DNA from: Azolla caroliniana
Lineage: Eukaryota; Plantae; Polypodiophyta
Direction of reading: 5' to 3'
DNA length: 20,832 bases
Assembly (NCBI GenBank): GCA_043228905.1
Contig: JBHGNT010000557.1
Location: forward strand, 1-20,832
Shown in pieces: positions 7,904-20,160 of this stretch. The position numbers and the translations under genes were made by a program. Positions within the stretch are counted from its first letter, which is position 1. Each line of letters begins with the position of its first letter. The notes under the pieces were generated by a model, which was not told the origin of the DNA, did no database searches, and worked only from the letters and a program-made list of their open reading frames with translations.

Positions 7904-10070
7904 ATGGCATCCTCAAGCAATCAAGTGGGAGAATTCGAAAGGATGATGATAATCGTTGAACAAATGATGAGATCTCGAGACAACGATGCGAGCGTGGAGA
8001 AGGCCGTCAACCGCGTTGTAGAGCTCAAGGGTCAATTTGATGGAAGGATGCATACAAAAGGGAGACGAATCAAAGGGACGTGTCTGAAGCACGACAAATC
8101 ACGAGTTTCAAGAGGGTGGTCGCCAACGACATCCAAAGACGTGTCATCGAGCTTCAAGAAGGTAAGACAACATGGTCTGAGTTTGAGAAAGCAATATTAG
8201 TGGAGTTCGTGACTGAAGACTCAACGAGGATGACTCGACATGCCTTGATGAAGTGGATAGAGAAGAATAATAAGAAGATCAATGCCTCAAGGGTGTACGA
8301 CAAATTCGACCAAATTTTTCGTCATATCCCCGCCACAGACCAAGTGCTACTTGAGGAGGACAAAACTTTGTACTTCCTAAAAGCTGTGGATATAAAGGAT
8401 AGACGAGAACTGGGTACTCTCCTCGAAGACGATACCCAAGTGAACGGACTTCTGGCGGACTGGGTTGTGGTGAAGCGGGCATGCAATAGGCTCGACAAGT
8501 GTTGTCACTGGGTTGATGACACCGACTTGGTGGGATCGACTATCGCGGAGAAAACAAGACAACCGAAAGTAGCTGAGCCGCCCAAACAAACTAGCCTGGA
8601 AGAAAAGAAGATTGATGATGACATCATTGAAAAGCTAGCGAAGAAGTTTGAGATGGTCACGCTAGCGAACATGAATCGTCGGGGCCCCAAAGGAAAAGAA
8701 CCCTTTAGATGCGTGTGGTGCGATAGCATGGACCACATGGGAAGGGATTGCGCGAGCCTTTGAGAGGCGATCCGACAAAATATCGTATACATATATAACA
8801 ACATGATCTGCTCGACTGAAACTCGAAGACCCCTATGGGTGAATTTCGGAAGAGGGGGAATGAAGAAATCTATGGAAGATGTTGAGGCGACTCATGTGGA
8901 TTATGCTGCAACGGCCGAAATAAGAGTTGGGAAAGACAAAAATGAAGCTGCAAAAGTGCGAGCAAAGTTTTGGTCTTCCGTTCTCGAGTATGAGAAGATA
9001 GGGAAGCTCACATCGAACGAGGTAGAGCTTGCGGACCGAAGCGTGCAAAGCATAACCGGGTGGTCGGATAAGATGGATGACAACACCATACTCGCGGAAG
9101 TGATGTGCGACAACCACGAGGTGTTCGTCGAAGGAAAGGGAAAAAGAATAGAAGAGCAAGGTTCATAAAAAAGACATGAAACAAGGAACGCAAAAAAGAA
9201 AGAAGATGCAGAAATGGGTCGATCTTTACAAATGGAGGAAGGTGACGCTAGCTGAAAAGTGGAGTCGAGCAAACGAGTCGAAGAAACAGTTTGGCGTGTG
9301 AAGATTGATGTCAAAGACCCTGCTCGAAAGACAAGGACTATGCCTACCTATAAGCTAAGGTCAGACATAGAGCAGACGATAGACCTGAAGAAGATTCTCG
9401 AGGAACGTGTTCTTGATAGCCACGTGACTTTGTCCTTGAGGGAACTACTCGGTATTACGAAGGAGTTCCATGACACGATCATGGACCTTGTAAAAAGAAA
9501 GAGGCAACAATCGGACGTGGAAGAAGAGAAGCCACAAAGAGCAAAAACAAATGCCATAACGATGGCAAGAGACGAAGTCGATGAAGAAATGGTGGACAAC
9601 CACTATACTTGACCTCATTGGGCACAAGCGACAACGGAGACGCCGGTGAAGATCGGGGAGAAGAAAGAGACCATGGTAGCCTTGATTGACCATGGCTCGG
9701 AGATCAACCTCATGTCAACCGACTTCTACAAAATAGGAAGATGACCAATCAATACAAATCACGGATGGAAGATTCGCGTGGCAACAAAGACTACGGAGGA
9801 CTTGTACGGAGCTTGTCCCAATGTTAAAGTCACGGTCGGGGATGTGGAGATGGATCAACACTTCTTTGTGCAAGAATCGGCGTCGCATATTGTCATCCTA
9901 GGACAATCGTATATCACATCATCTCGGATGGAAACCAAAGTGTTCGACAATGGTGCAACATTTTCTCGAATAAAGAGTCTTGACAACCAAAGATCTGTTC
10001 AAATCCTAACGGTGCAAGCTAATCATTTAAGAAATCGAGATAGTCTTGGAGGCGATCGTCGGATTTTTAG
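7904..10070 (+). pseudogene. gag: Element D gag-protease, degenerate
   Basis: Fragmented ORFs across 7853-10119. Zinc knuckle CVWCDSMDHMGRDC and protease ALIDHGSEINLM...FFVQ...VILGQ. Homologous to the gag of C and B. Confidence 0.9.
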
Positions 10071-10864
10071 AACGGATTTTCACAAGTCCCCACAAGAAAA
10101 TAGAGCACGTGGATTGTGACGAGAAGCTACATGTGTCACATCTAGTGGCGCATGTAAAGTAGTACTACCCGACAAGGACAAGCGTCGGATACAAGATTTC
10201 GAGAAGATGCTGAAAGAAGAAAACATAATAGAAGAAGAAGAGTTCGTGACTCATATTATGGAAGAAGCCTCATTTAACAACACCACTGGCGAAATCGAGG
10301 ACGTCGTGGACTTGAGCTATCTTCACGACCAACGCGTGATTTTGGTTAACTCCATCAACATGTTTGCTATCATCGATGAATATTATTGTGGCATCTTGAT
10401 GGAGGAAGCTGAAGTCAACACAAAATATAAAACGGTGGATAAGAAGATCAAGCCAGTTGCGGTTCCGCTACTGGAAGATAGCTGGCAAAAGATGAAGGAA
10501 GTTGTGAATGATCCAAGCTTAAGGGATCCGAAGGCAATAGGTCATGTCTTCACCGAAGAGATGAAAAGAAAGCTATGAGTTGGAAAGGAGGATTTCCTCC
10601 TCCCCGAAGAGGAGCGAAAGTTTCGTGAAATGCTTGAAAGGCATGGGAAAGCCTTCGCGTTCTCTCCCCAGGAAATCAGATGTATTGACCCGAAGATTAT
10701 AGAGCTAATGGTGATTTTCATGGTGCCGCATGTGCCTTGGAATTTGAAACCGATACCGGTTCCAAGAGCGCACCTTCCGAAGCTGATCGAGCTCTTAAAG
10801 GAGAAAGTGAATATGGGTATTCTAGAACTGTCGAATGCTCCTTACTCTAATAGGTGGTTCACGG
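10071..10864 (+). pseudogene. pol: Element D pol, N-terminal part up to the start of RT
   Basis: KYKTVDKKIKPVA, HVPWNLKPIPVP and SNAPYSNRWFT match C pol at 15409 onward. Cut by solo LTR E. Confidence 0.88.
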
Positions 10865-11603
10865 TGTCGTGAAGAATTTCGTCCAGAGGTGGAAACTGGG
10901 AAACATTGGCTACATCGGCGGGGTGCAGCATGTGTGCTCACCCTTGTACATTTAGTGTGAATAACGAGGGCGCCTTTATGGTGCCGAAGAGTAGTTAAGT
11001 CGGGATTTATCCCACATTGTAACGCATCCCTCTCCTTGTTCTATAAAAGGAAGGGAGCGCCCTTTGTGAAAGGGTTGCCCATTTTGGCGTTAGAGGGTAT
11101 ACCGTTAGATTTAGGGTTAGTTATGCTTCTTCTTCTTCTTCTTCTTCCCCCTTCGTGTTTTGCTTAGGGTTTGCTTTGGCTCGGCCTCCTGTGCAAGATC
11201 CCGCTCGGCGCGACGAGCCGAGAGCTCCCTGACGGCGGCTTGACAGCAGACGACCGCTGTAACCTACCTTGGTCTGGCTCGAAGCCGGAAATGTACTCTT
11301 CCTTTTATATATATACATTTGCGTCTGTCTGTGTATATTCGCGTCTCTGTTGGTGTCGGGTGCTTCCCCTTTCCTGCGTTTCCTGTACATAAGGTCGTGA
11401 GTCGGGTCGGCATGTGTGTGTATGTGCGTGAGTCGGTGTTAAGCGCGCGCTCCCTCTCTTTCTCTCTCTCCCTTCGGTCGCTTCCGGTGTTCTTCTGGGA
11501 TTCCCCGGAAACGGTGAAGCACGACTTCCTACGCTCCGTCACTCCCTAGTCCAAGACCCCCGTGGTCCCGCCTTTCTCCACGCACGCGCGTAACAATGCG
11601 ACA
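10865..11603 (+). mobile_element. Solo LTR E (739 bp) inserted in the RT of D
   Basis: TGTCG...CGACA termini and TSD ACGG (10861-10864 and 11604-11607). Removing it restores WFTVPKKNG. It has no PBS or internal region. Confidence 0.93.
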
Positions 11604-11607
11604 ACGG

Positions 11608-14261
11608 TGCCGAAGAAAAATGGATCATTGTGATTCATCCAAGATCTTCAACCCGTTAACAAGGTGACAATTCGAAATGCTGGAATTGGTCCGAGCGTGG
11701 ATGAATTTGCCGAGGCGTTTGCGGGCCGGTCCATCTACTCCATTGGTGATCTCTACTCCGGATATGACCAATTCCAATTGGCAATCGACAGTCGTGACAT
11801 TACAACCATGAGGACTCCGATCGGGCTCGTGCGGATGTGTACCTTACCTCAAGGTGCAACGAACTCGGTGGCTCATATGGTGAATGCCATGAACAAGGTC
11901 TTAAAGGATTGCATCCCGGACATCACGATGCCATCCTTGGATGATATTCCAATAAAAGGATGTTCGGATGAAGAGAAGAATGAATCAAAAGATAAGGAAG
12001 GGTGTAGAAATTTTGTCGTGGATCATATGAAAGATTGCGAGAAGGTGCTCCAAAGGCTCGAAGATGCGAATTTGACATTTTCGGGAGAGAAATATGCATT
12101 CGGGCAACTAGAGATCTTGGTGGTAGGTCACTCATGTGGAGAATACAGTCGGAAGCCTTCGCCATCAAAGGTGAACATGATCCAGGACATGAAAGAAGAA
12201 TGCGTAAACCAAACGGAGGTTCAAAGGTTCCTTGGAGCATGCGCATTTTACCATATTTGGATTCCGCACTACGCCCATGTTGCCGAGCCTTTATATGGAT
12301 TGCTAAAGAAAAGAATGAAGTTCGAATGGCGAGACGAGCACACGAACGCGATGCGAAGATTGAAGAAACTACTTCTTGAAGCTCTAGCACTAAGAAAGGC
12401 CGACTATACCGAAGGAAAGCCAATTTATGTGACTGTAGATATGAGCCCAACCGGAATCGGGTGGGTCATCAACCAAGAAGGAGAAGATAATGCGCGGTAT
12501 GCCATTTGGTTCGGAGCAAAAGTTCTCAGCGAACGGCAACACAGATACACCCAAGTCAAGCGAGGACTTTGGGGTGTTGTGTCGGTAGTGAAGACGGACA
12601 AAGATTACCTGATCGGGTCGGAAGTGATAATAGAGACAGATTGTCTCCCAATCCTCAGAATGATATTGGGATGTGCGACCCCAGATTTAGCTATGCTAAG
12701 GTGGATCGCCTATATCAAGTCTTTAAGCTTAGAGATCTGCCACATTGCAGGCAAGAAGAATGCCATGGCTGATATGCTGTCAAGAGCAAGATTTGAAAGT
12801 GAAAGTGACATGGTTTCGGAAGATGAAGACGTCACCCTCGACTTCTTCAAGATGGCTCGATTATCGGCGGAAGACAAGGACACACTAACTCTCCACGCCT
12901 TCAGTGAGGACGAGTACGAAGGAGAGTGGTTACTGATCGACAAATTCTTAAGAACAATGACGACAGATGCTTCATTGATAAAGGAGGAGGCTCTACGAAT
13001 CCGGAAGAAAGCTTATCGATACTTCTTGAAGGGAGGCTTCCTTTGGCGACACCCAAAAAGAAGGACAGGAATACCACGCCGAGTGGTGGTGAAGAAAGAA
13101 GAGCAAGTGACGCTGATGACCGAATTCCACGAGAGTGCTTGGGCAGGTCAAAAAGGAGCATGGGCAACGTTCGAAAAGTTGAAGGAAAAGTACTGGTGGC
13201 CAAGCATGTACAAAGATGTACTCCATTTCGTGTCCACATGCGAAACTTGCCAAGTACATTCCAACATACATCAGCGTGATGAGCTATGACCGACATACCC
13301 GCTTACCATACACTTCAAATGGATGGTTGATTTGGTCTCGATGCCAATGGGAGTGGGACAAATGAAGTACTTAGTGTTGGCAAGAGAAGACTTGAAAAAT
13401 CAAGTGGAAGGGCGAGCCTTGACAAATAAGACGACGTCAACTGTTTGCAAATTTCTACTTGAAGAGGTTGTCTGCTGATACGGATGTGTGGGGAAGATAG
13501 TCGCCGACAGAGGGGAGTTGAATGCACACGAAGCAACGGAGCTTTTCGAACGACTAGGCGTGAAGCGCTCCCTCACTGCCTACAATCCAGAAGCAAATGG
13601 GAAGATCGAGCGAGGGCATGGACCCATCGTCAAAGCCATCGTATGAGCATGCAACGGTCGAGTCGGGAATTGGCCACGACTATTGCCCTATGCCTTGTGG
13701 GTCGACAGAACGACACACAGCTCAGTGACAGGGTATATGCTAACGGAGCTTATGTATGGACAAAAGCTGGTGATGCCCATCGAAAGGACGATCACCTCAT
13801 GGGTAGCGATACCATGGGAGAACGAGATGAGCCGAGAAGAATTATTAGCGGCACGGATAAGGAAACTTCAAAGGAAACCAGAAGATCTAGAACATGCGTG
13901 AAAAATGATGGAGGCAACCCGAGTGAAGAACAAAATTTGGTTCTACAAGATGCATCGACTACGTCCCAAGAAGATCGAAGAAGGAGATTGGGTATTGGTC
14001 TACGACAACAACCTTGACAATCAACACAGTACAACAAGAAAGTTCGCAAGAAGATGGTTCGGACCGTATGTGGTGATAAGTGCGAACGACAATGCCACAT
14101 ACCACCTTGCGGAGCTAGATGGATCAAGGTTGGCCATACCCATTGTGGGAAAAAGAGTAAAGGTTTTCAAGAAAAGACAAGACAAGGATCCTGACCTGGA
14201 TTACCTCGACGATGAAGATACTACGACGGATGTGAATGAGGACGTGGAGGGATCTAATTGA
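11608..14261 (+). pseudogene. pol: Element D pol: RT, RNase H, integrase (degenerate)
   Basis: RT motifs DLYSGYDQ, LPQGATNS and SLDD. RNase H motifs VDMSPTGIG, ETDC and NAMADMLSR. Integrase motifs CETC, WMVD, ADRGE, NPEANGKIER and WFGPYVV. No chromodomain. Confidence 0.95.
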
Positions 14262-14333
14262 TCACTGTAGCCGAAATCTCACACTCTCTCTTCTTGGCAC
14301 GTACCAGAGGACGTGCGGTTTGGTGGGGTTGGA

Positions 14334-15237
14334 TGTCATGAAGATTTTCGGCAATGGTGTGAAAATCACATAAAACTACAAAAAGATAGAGGTCTTGAAG
14401 AGCTTTTGGATGCACTTTACTACATAAGAAACAGACATCTAAGTGTCAACTTATGTGGGTAGGAAGTTTGCAAAGACAAAGAGAAAAATAAAATTGTGAG
14501 ATATCCCATATAGACAGGAAATAAGGATCTCACCATATATAAGGTAGAGCAAAAGCTATTATCTTTGTGTCTATGTGTGGAGCATAGAGAGGTCAAGGTG
14601 ACTTGAACTAAGCTATTGGATGAATGGTTGTGGCCTAACTACTTGCAAAGGTTTTGGCCAACCAAAACCGGACTGACGACGGAACCAGGACCTAGGATCC
14701 GGCAACCGGCAACCAACGACGGAACCGGGATTCGGTGACCCAACGGTAATCGGCGATCGGCGGCTAGATGGATAAATAAATAAATAAATATTTATACATA
14801 TACACAAGGAGAGAAAGTAAAGATTTGAACCTTACACCTCCAAGTTGAGAGTCAATAAGCTTACCACTAAGCAAACACATTTTCTTGGAATTATATTTTT
14901 ATTATTGTAACTTTACATGTAAATTCTCATACATGAGAGCTAAAGTGAGTGACATGGTTATCATGCACCACATGTAATACATGAGCGCCAAATGGCAAAC
15001 ATGCATTTTATGCATGTCTTGTACCCTCAAATGCATGAGGCCATCTATAAAAGAGGAGAGGAAAAAGATGATAGGGCTAATGTAAAATTTTTGGATGATC
15101 AAAGAAGAAACTTGTAACCCTATTGTTAATGTATCTTGTCTCTTAAATCTAAAGTTAAAAGTTCGATCTTATCTCTCTCACTCTCTATCTCTCTCTTGCC
15201 CTTTCAATCTCTCTCAATCTAAAGTCAAGCGTTTAAT
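14334..15237 (+). repeat. 3' LTR of element D, truncated
   Basis: Preceded by a PPT (14303-14333) and aligns to 6731-7695. The last ~135 bp and the right TSD are missing. Confidence 0.92.
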
Positions 15238-15399
15238 GTAACGGCTTTATGGATGGAGACAAAGGTGCTTGATAGCGGTGCGGCTTTCCCACGAATTCGG
15301 AGCCAAAGCGGAGGGAAATCCGTCCAATTCCTAACTGTGCCGGCAAATCATGAAAGGAACAAGAGAGAGCTCTTGTCCCAAACAAAGATGGATTTTTAG
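15238..15399 (+). pseudogene. Element C protease C-terminus, ending GAT TTT TAG
   Basis: VTALWMETKVLDSGAAFPRIRS...SVQFLTVPANHERN...MDF* aligns to D's ITSSRMETKVFDNGATFSRIKS...SVQILTVQANHLRN. Confidence 0.88.
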
Positions 15400-18300
15400 A
15401 GCGAACTATTGCGGAGTGGGGAAGTGATAGTCCGAGAAGATACCTCACACAAGAAGAAAACTCTCGAAGCAAAACAAGTACGAATCGGTCTGGATGGGGC
15501 ATCTACGTACACAGCCGTAACTGGAGGAAAGAAGAAAGAATACCGAAAAGTAGATGATAAGTTGCGGTCGGTATCAATAATAAAAGAAGACGAAGAAATC
15601 TTGGGGGTAGTCGAAGAAGTGTTCTATGGGAGGATGCTACAATGGCTTGAAGAGCTTGTGGAGGATAAAAGCCAAGGAGACCGGGTAGTCCTGGTGGAAT
15701 CGGTCGAGATGTACGAGATCATTGCGAAAATGGGGCTGGATGCGCTCTGCAAAGAAGAAGTAATGGTAAGTATGAAATACAAGACCATGGAGAAGAAAGT
15801 GAAACTAGCCGCGGGACCGCTACCCGCCGATAGCGAGCAAAAGAGGAAAGAAGTCTCGGGAGATCCGACACTTCGGAAGTCCGTGGATATCGGACATGCC
15901 TTCACGGATGAGACCCGGAAGAAACTTTGGATTGGTGGAGGTGGTTTCCATTTACAAAATGAAGAAGAACGATTATGTGGGATGTTGGAACAACATGGGA
16001 AAGCATTTGCATTCACATCGAAGGAGATAGGGTGCGTTGATCCGAAGATAGTGGAGCCGATGGTGATCTTGACGATTGACCATGTGCCGTGGAACCTGAA
16101 GCCGATTCTGGTGCCGCGGGTGCATATTCCCAAAATCATCGACTTGCTCAAGGAGAAGGTGGGGATGGGGATTCTAGAGCCATCAAACGCTCCGTACTCA
16201 AATCGATGGTTTACAGTTCTGAAGAAGAATGGGTTTATCCAAGACTTACAACCGGTGAACAAGGTAGCGATCCGGAACTCCGGAGTTAGTCCGATAGTGG
16301 ACAAATTTGCGGAAGCATTTGCTGGTCATGCGATATACTCCATCAGAGACCTATACTCAGGGTATGACCAATTCCAAGTAGCCGTGGAGAGCCGAGATAT
16401 CACTACAATGCGGACACCGATAGGATTAGTCCGAATGTGCGCACTACCACAAGGAGCGACAAACGCGGTTACACATATGATGAACGCGATGAACAAGGTG
16501 CTTCGAGATTGCATTCCGGAAATAATGATGCCGTTCCTAGATGACATTCCGATGAAAGGATGCGCGGTAGAAGAAAAAGATAAAACTATGGATGATCGGG
16601 GATGCCGAAAGTTCTTAGTCAGCCATATTTGTGATTGTGAGAAAGTGCTTCGAAAGTTAGAAGATGTGCACCTAACACTTTTTGGGGAGAAATCAACATA
16701 TGGGCAAGAAGAGATATTGGTAGTTGGACATCTATGTGGGCCCTACGGCCGAAGACCGTCACCAACCAAGATTGATGCGATTCAAGCTATGAAATAAGTA
16801 TGCGAGTCACAATCCGAAGTCTGAAGGTTTCTTGGAGCTTGTGCATTTTATCACATATGGATTCCGCACTATGCACATATTGCGGACCCACTCTATCACT
16901 TATTGCGGAAGGGGAAGAAGTTCGAATGGAAACTGAAACACACCAAAGCCATGAGGAAGCTCAAGAAAACACTATGGAGGGCTGGAGCACTTAAGAAGCC
17001 GAGCTATGAGTGACCGATCATACTAACGGTTGATACAAGTCCAACCGGGATCGGATGGGTCATCAATCAAGCCAACTAGGATGGTTTGCGATATCCGATC
17101 CGATTTGGAGCAAAGGTTCTCAACGAAAGGCAACGCGGATATGCACAAGTCAAAAGAGAATTATGGGGAGTTGTGTCGGCAATCAAATCAGATCGAGATT
17201 ATTTAATCAGAGCCGAAGTAGTGATCGAAACGGATTGTCTTCTGATACTCGGGATGATGCGGTGTTGCACGATACCGGATGTGGCAATGCTAAGATGGAT
17301 TACATATGTTAAGTCGCTTAACCCAGACGTACATACATCTCCGGAAAAGACAACGCGGTAGCAGATATGCTATCAAGGGCTCGGTTCGGAGACGACATAG
17401 CCGAATCAGATAATGAAGAAGTTTCTGAAGACTACTTTGCTTCAGAGCACATATGTCGAGTAAATGTAATTCGAGAATTCCGAGAAGAAGAATACGAGGG
17501 AGAAAGCTTGATGATCGGGAAGGTGCTACAAGAGATTGAGGAATCATCAGACGATAAAGAGAAGAGAGCTGAGATCCGAAGGAAGAAGAGGCAAGTCCAA
17601 AGGTTCTTCTTGAAAAATGGATTAATATGGAGGGAGCCGAAAAGACCGGATGGCATACCACTTCGGGTAGTCAGGACGAAAGAGAAATGAAACTGGATAA
17701 TGTCCGAGTTTCACGAATCCGATTGGGGTGGACATCGAGGAACATATGCATTTTTTGTGAAAATCAAACAAAAATATTGGTGGAAGAATATGTACAAAGA
17801 TATAGCGGAGTTCATGGAAAGCTGCGAGAAGTGTCAAATCTACTCCGGAGTTCGACACCAAGATGAGTTACATCCGACATTCTCACCGACAATCAACTTC
17901 AAATGGATGGTCGACATTGTAGCCATGCCAATTAGGATCGAACAAAAGAAGTACTTGGTGTTAGCTCGAGAAGATCTCACAAACCAAGTAGAAGGTTGGG
18001 TGCTACGAAGGAAAACGTGTTCTGCGGTATGCCAATTTCTTTTGGAGGAGGTGTTTTGTAGGTACGGGTGCGTAGGACAAGTGATTGCGGATCGGGGAGA
18101 ACTCGACTCTGATAAAGCTAGGGAATTCTTCACCAAACATGGAGTTCGGTTAACACTAACAACGACATACAATCCGGAAGCCAACGGGAAGATCGAACGA
18201 GGACATAGTCCAATCTTCAAAGCACTTACAAAAGCATGCGACGGAAGGGTGAAGGATTGGTTGCAGGTGCTCCTGTATGCACTATGGGCGGATCGTATGA

Positions 18301-18940
18301 CGCATAGTTCTGTGACTGGTTTTATGCCAGCCGAACTCATGACCGGACACGCACCGGTAATGCCGACGGAAGTCGCAAATCCGACATGGACAGTGCTTTC
18401 GTGGAAGGAAGGGATGAGCTAGGAAGAATTACTAGCGGTCCGGATACGACAACTGGAAGGAAGACCTAAAGACATAGCTAAAGCAACACGCCGACAACAG
18501 GAAGCGCGATTTCGGAACAAAAGCCGATTCAATGCAAAGCATCGACTACGGCCACGAAAGATTGAAGAAGGAGATTGGGTGATTGTGTATGATAGTAGTT
18601 TGGATCATCAACATACAACAACACGGAAGTTCGCTAAGAGGTGATTCGGGCCATACGAGGTTCAGAAAGTTTTCAACAACGGAACTTACCGACTATGCGA
18701 GTTGGATGGAACAATACTACGGGTGCCTATCGTGGGGAAACGGGTGAAGATTTTTAAGAAGCGGACTGATGGTGAACCTTATGTAAGCTTAGACAAGACT
18801 GACAACGAGGAGCAATCAAACAAAGCTCGTGGTGATGCAAAAAGCGAAGACAGTGGTCTACAATTAATAGTTGATATAAGGGAGGAATGGGAAGTGCTAC
18901 GGATGAAGACGAAGAACAAGCATCGGGAACTTCAACACAT
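15400..18940 (+). pseudogene. pol: Element C pol: RT, RNase H, integrase (degenerate)
   Basis: ORF 15409-16797 with PFLDDIP. RNase H motifs VDTSPTGIG and ETDC. Integrase HESDWGGH...CEKC, WMVD, ADRGE, NPEANGKIER and FGPYEV. Several stops and a frameshift are present, and the end coordinate is approximate. Confidence 0.95.
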
Positions 18941-19185
18941 ACCGGAGGATGTGCGGGTTTGGAGGGGGCGAGTGTCGTAGTGTAATTCGCACACTATGTG
19001 AAAATTGCATTTTGGTTCCTACGGACCGGATGAAGGAGGAACTGATAAGGAGAACCGGTGAGAACCGCATGAAGGAGGACCCGGTAAGAACCGGATCAAG
19101 CAGAACCGGCAAGGCCGGTGAGAGCCTCTCACTGGATGAAGAGACAAATTTGTAAATAGAAGAAAAGATTGTTACATACATAGGG

Positions 19186-19241
19186 CAAGATTCGAACCTT
19201 GTACCTCCACGTAGATAAAACCCGACCTTACCATTGTACTA
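19186..19241 (-). promoter_or_regulatory. tRNA-like A-box/B-box module in 3' LTR C
   Basis: Minus strand reads TAGTACAATGGTAAG...GAGGTACAAGGTTCGAATCTTG, with a consensus B box GGTTCGAATC. Confidence 0.55.
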
Positions 19242-19617
19242 ACTTATCCTAAGTGTTTAAAATATAGATTTAATACGTATAAGACCTTTATTTACGCCTA
19301 CCTTTATTAAAATGTAAGTCATGCATTTTTAGAATGCGTGAATACTTTATTTATAAGAAAAATACACACCAATAAAAAATTACTTGTGCACATCTAGCGA
19401 GCATGAGCACTATATTTAGGAAATAAAAGCGTAGTGTAAAAGGCAACTCATACACATTTTAAGGTTGCATGAACACTTTAGAAAAAAGCATGAAGCTATG
19501 CTTAGCCTCTGCTATCCTTATATAAGGAGGAGAGAAAGATGTATGGGGTTGTTGATTATTTTTACAAGGATTGATCAATCTAATATATTCGTGGGATTCA
19601 CGAGTTTATCATCAAAA

Positions 19618-20160
19618 TTCTCTTTCTTACAATCTAAATATTGATTAAATACACTAAACACGTGGGATTCACAAGTTTAATTTCTTACTTCTCTTTCTAC
19701 CTATTCATAACTAGCCTTATATTGTATTCTTCTTTCTCCTAGTCCAAAACCTCAGTGGTTCCCACCTGACTCACGCAACGATTCGGAGCCGAAAGGCACG
19801 ACTTCTCTTTCTTACAATCTAAATATTGATTAAAAAACACGTGGGATTCACAAGTTTTATTTCTTACTTCTCTTTCTACCTATTCATAACTAGCCTTATA
19901 TTGTATTCTTCTTTCTCCTAGTCCAAAACCTCAGTGGTTCCCACCTGACTCACGCAACGATTCAGAGCCGAAAGGCACGACTTCTCTTTCTTACAATCTA
20001 AATATTGATTAAAAAACACGTGGGATTCACAAGTTTTATTTCTTACTTCTCTTTCTACCTATTCATAACTAGCCTTATATTGTATTCTTCTTTCTCCTAG
20101 TCCAAAACCTCAGTGGTTCCCACCTGATTCACGCAACAATCCGGAGCCGAAAGGCACGAC
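19618..20160 (+). repeat. Three tandem copies (185, 179, 179 bp) of the LTR C terminal segment
   Basis: Units at 19618-19802, 19803-19981 and 19982-20160, each running TTCTCTTTCTTAC...AAAGGCACGAC. Confidence 0.95.

Larger units (their letters stand above)
6731..15237 (+). mobile_element. Ty3/gypsy element D nested in the C protease, with its 3' end deleted
   Basis: LTRs at 6731-7831 and 14334-15237, with PBS, gag-PR, RT-RH-IN and PPT. C's protease resumes at 15238. Confidence 0.93.

Noticed and set aside
8761-8763. Programmed TGA readthrough at the many in-frame TGA codons
   Set aside because: They map to CGA/CGG or TGG codons in the sister element (for example 8761, 10576, 20806), consistent with methylation-driven decay.
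11126-11470. Microsatellites (TTC)n, (TA)n, (TG)n and (CT)n
   Set aside because: Short and ordinary LTR low-complexity sequence.
14170-14261. Chromodomain or env at the integrase C-terminus
   Set aside because: Only a short acidic tail follows the GPY region in D and C, with no aromatic-cage or transmembrane pattern.
16221-16245. 9-bp deletion in C's RT (KKNG-FIQD) near the site where E inserted in D
   Set aside because: The positions differ by about 20 bp and LTR elements do not excise, so this is probably coincidence.
15624-16304. 226-aa minus-strand ORF and similar antisense ORFs (11923-12450, 17840-18340)
   Set aside because: Shadows of pol, not maintained as equivalent ORFs between C and D.
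19618-20160. CRISPR array or autonomous satellite
   Set aside because: The units have no unique spacers and are copies of the LTR end.
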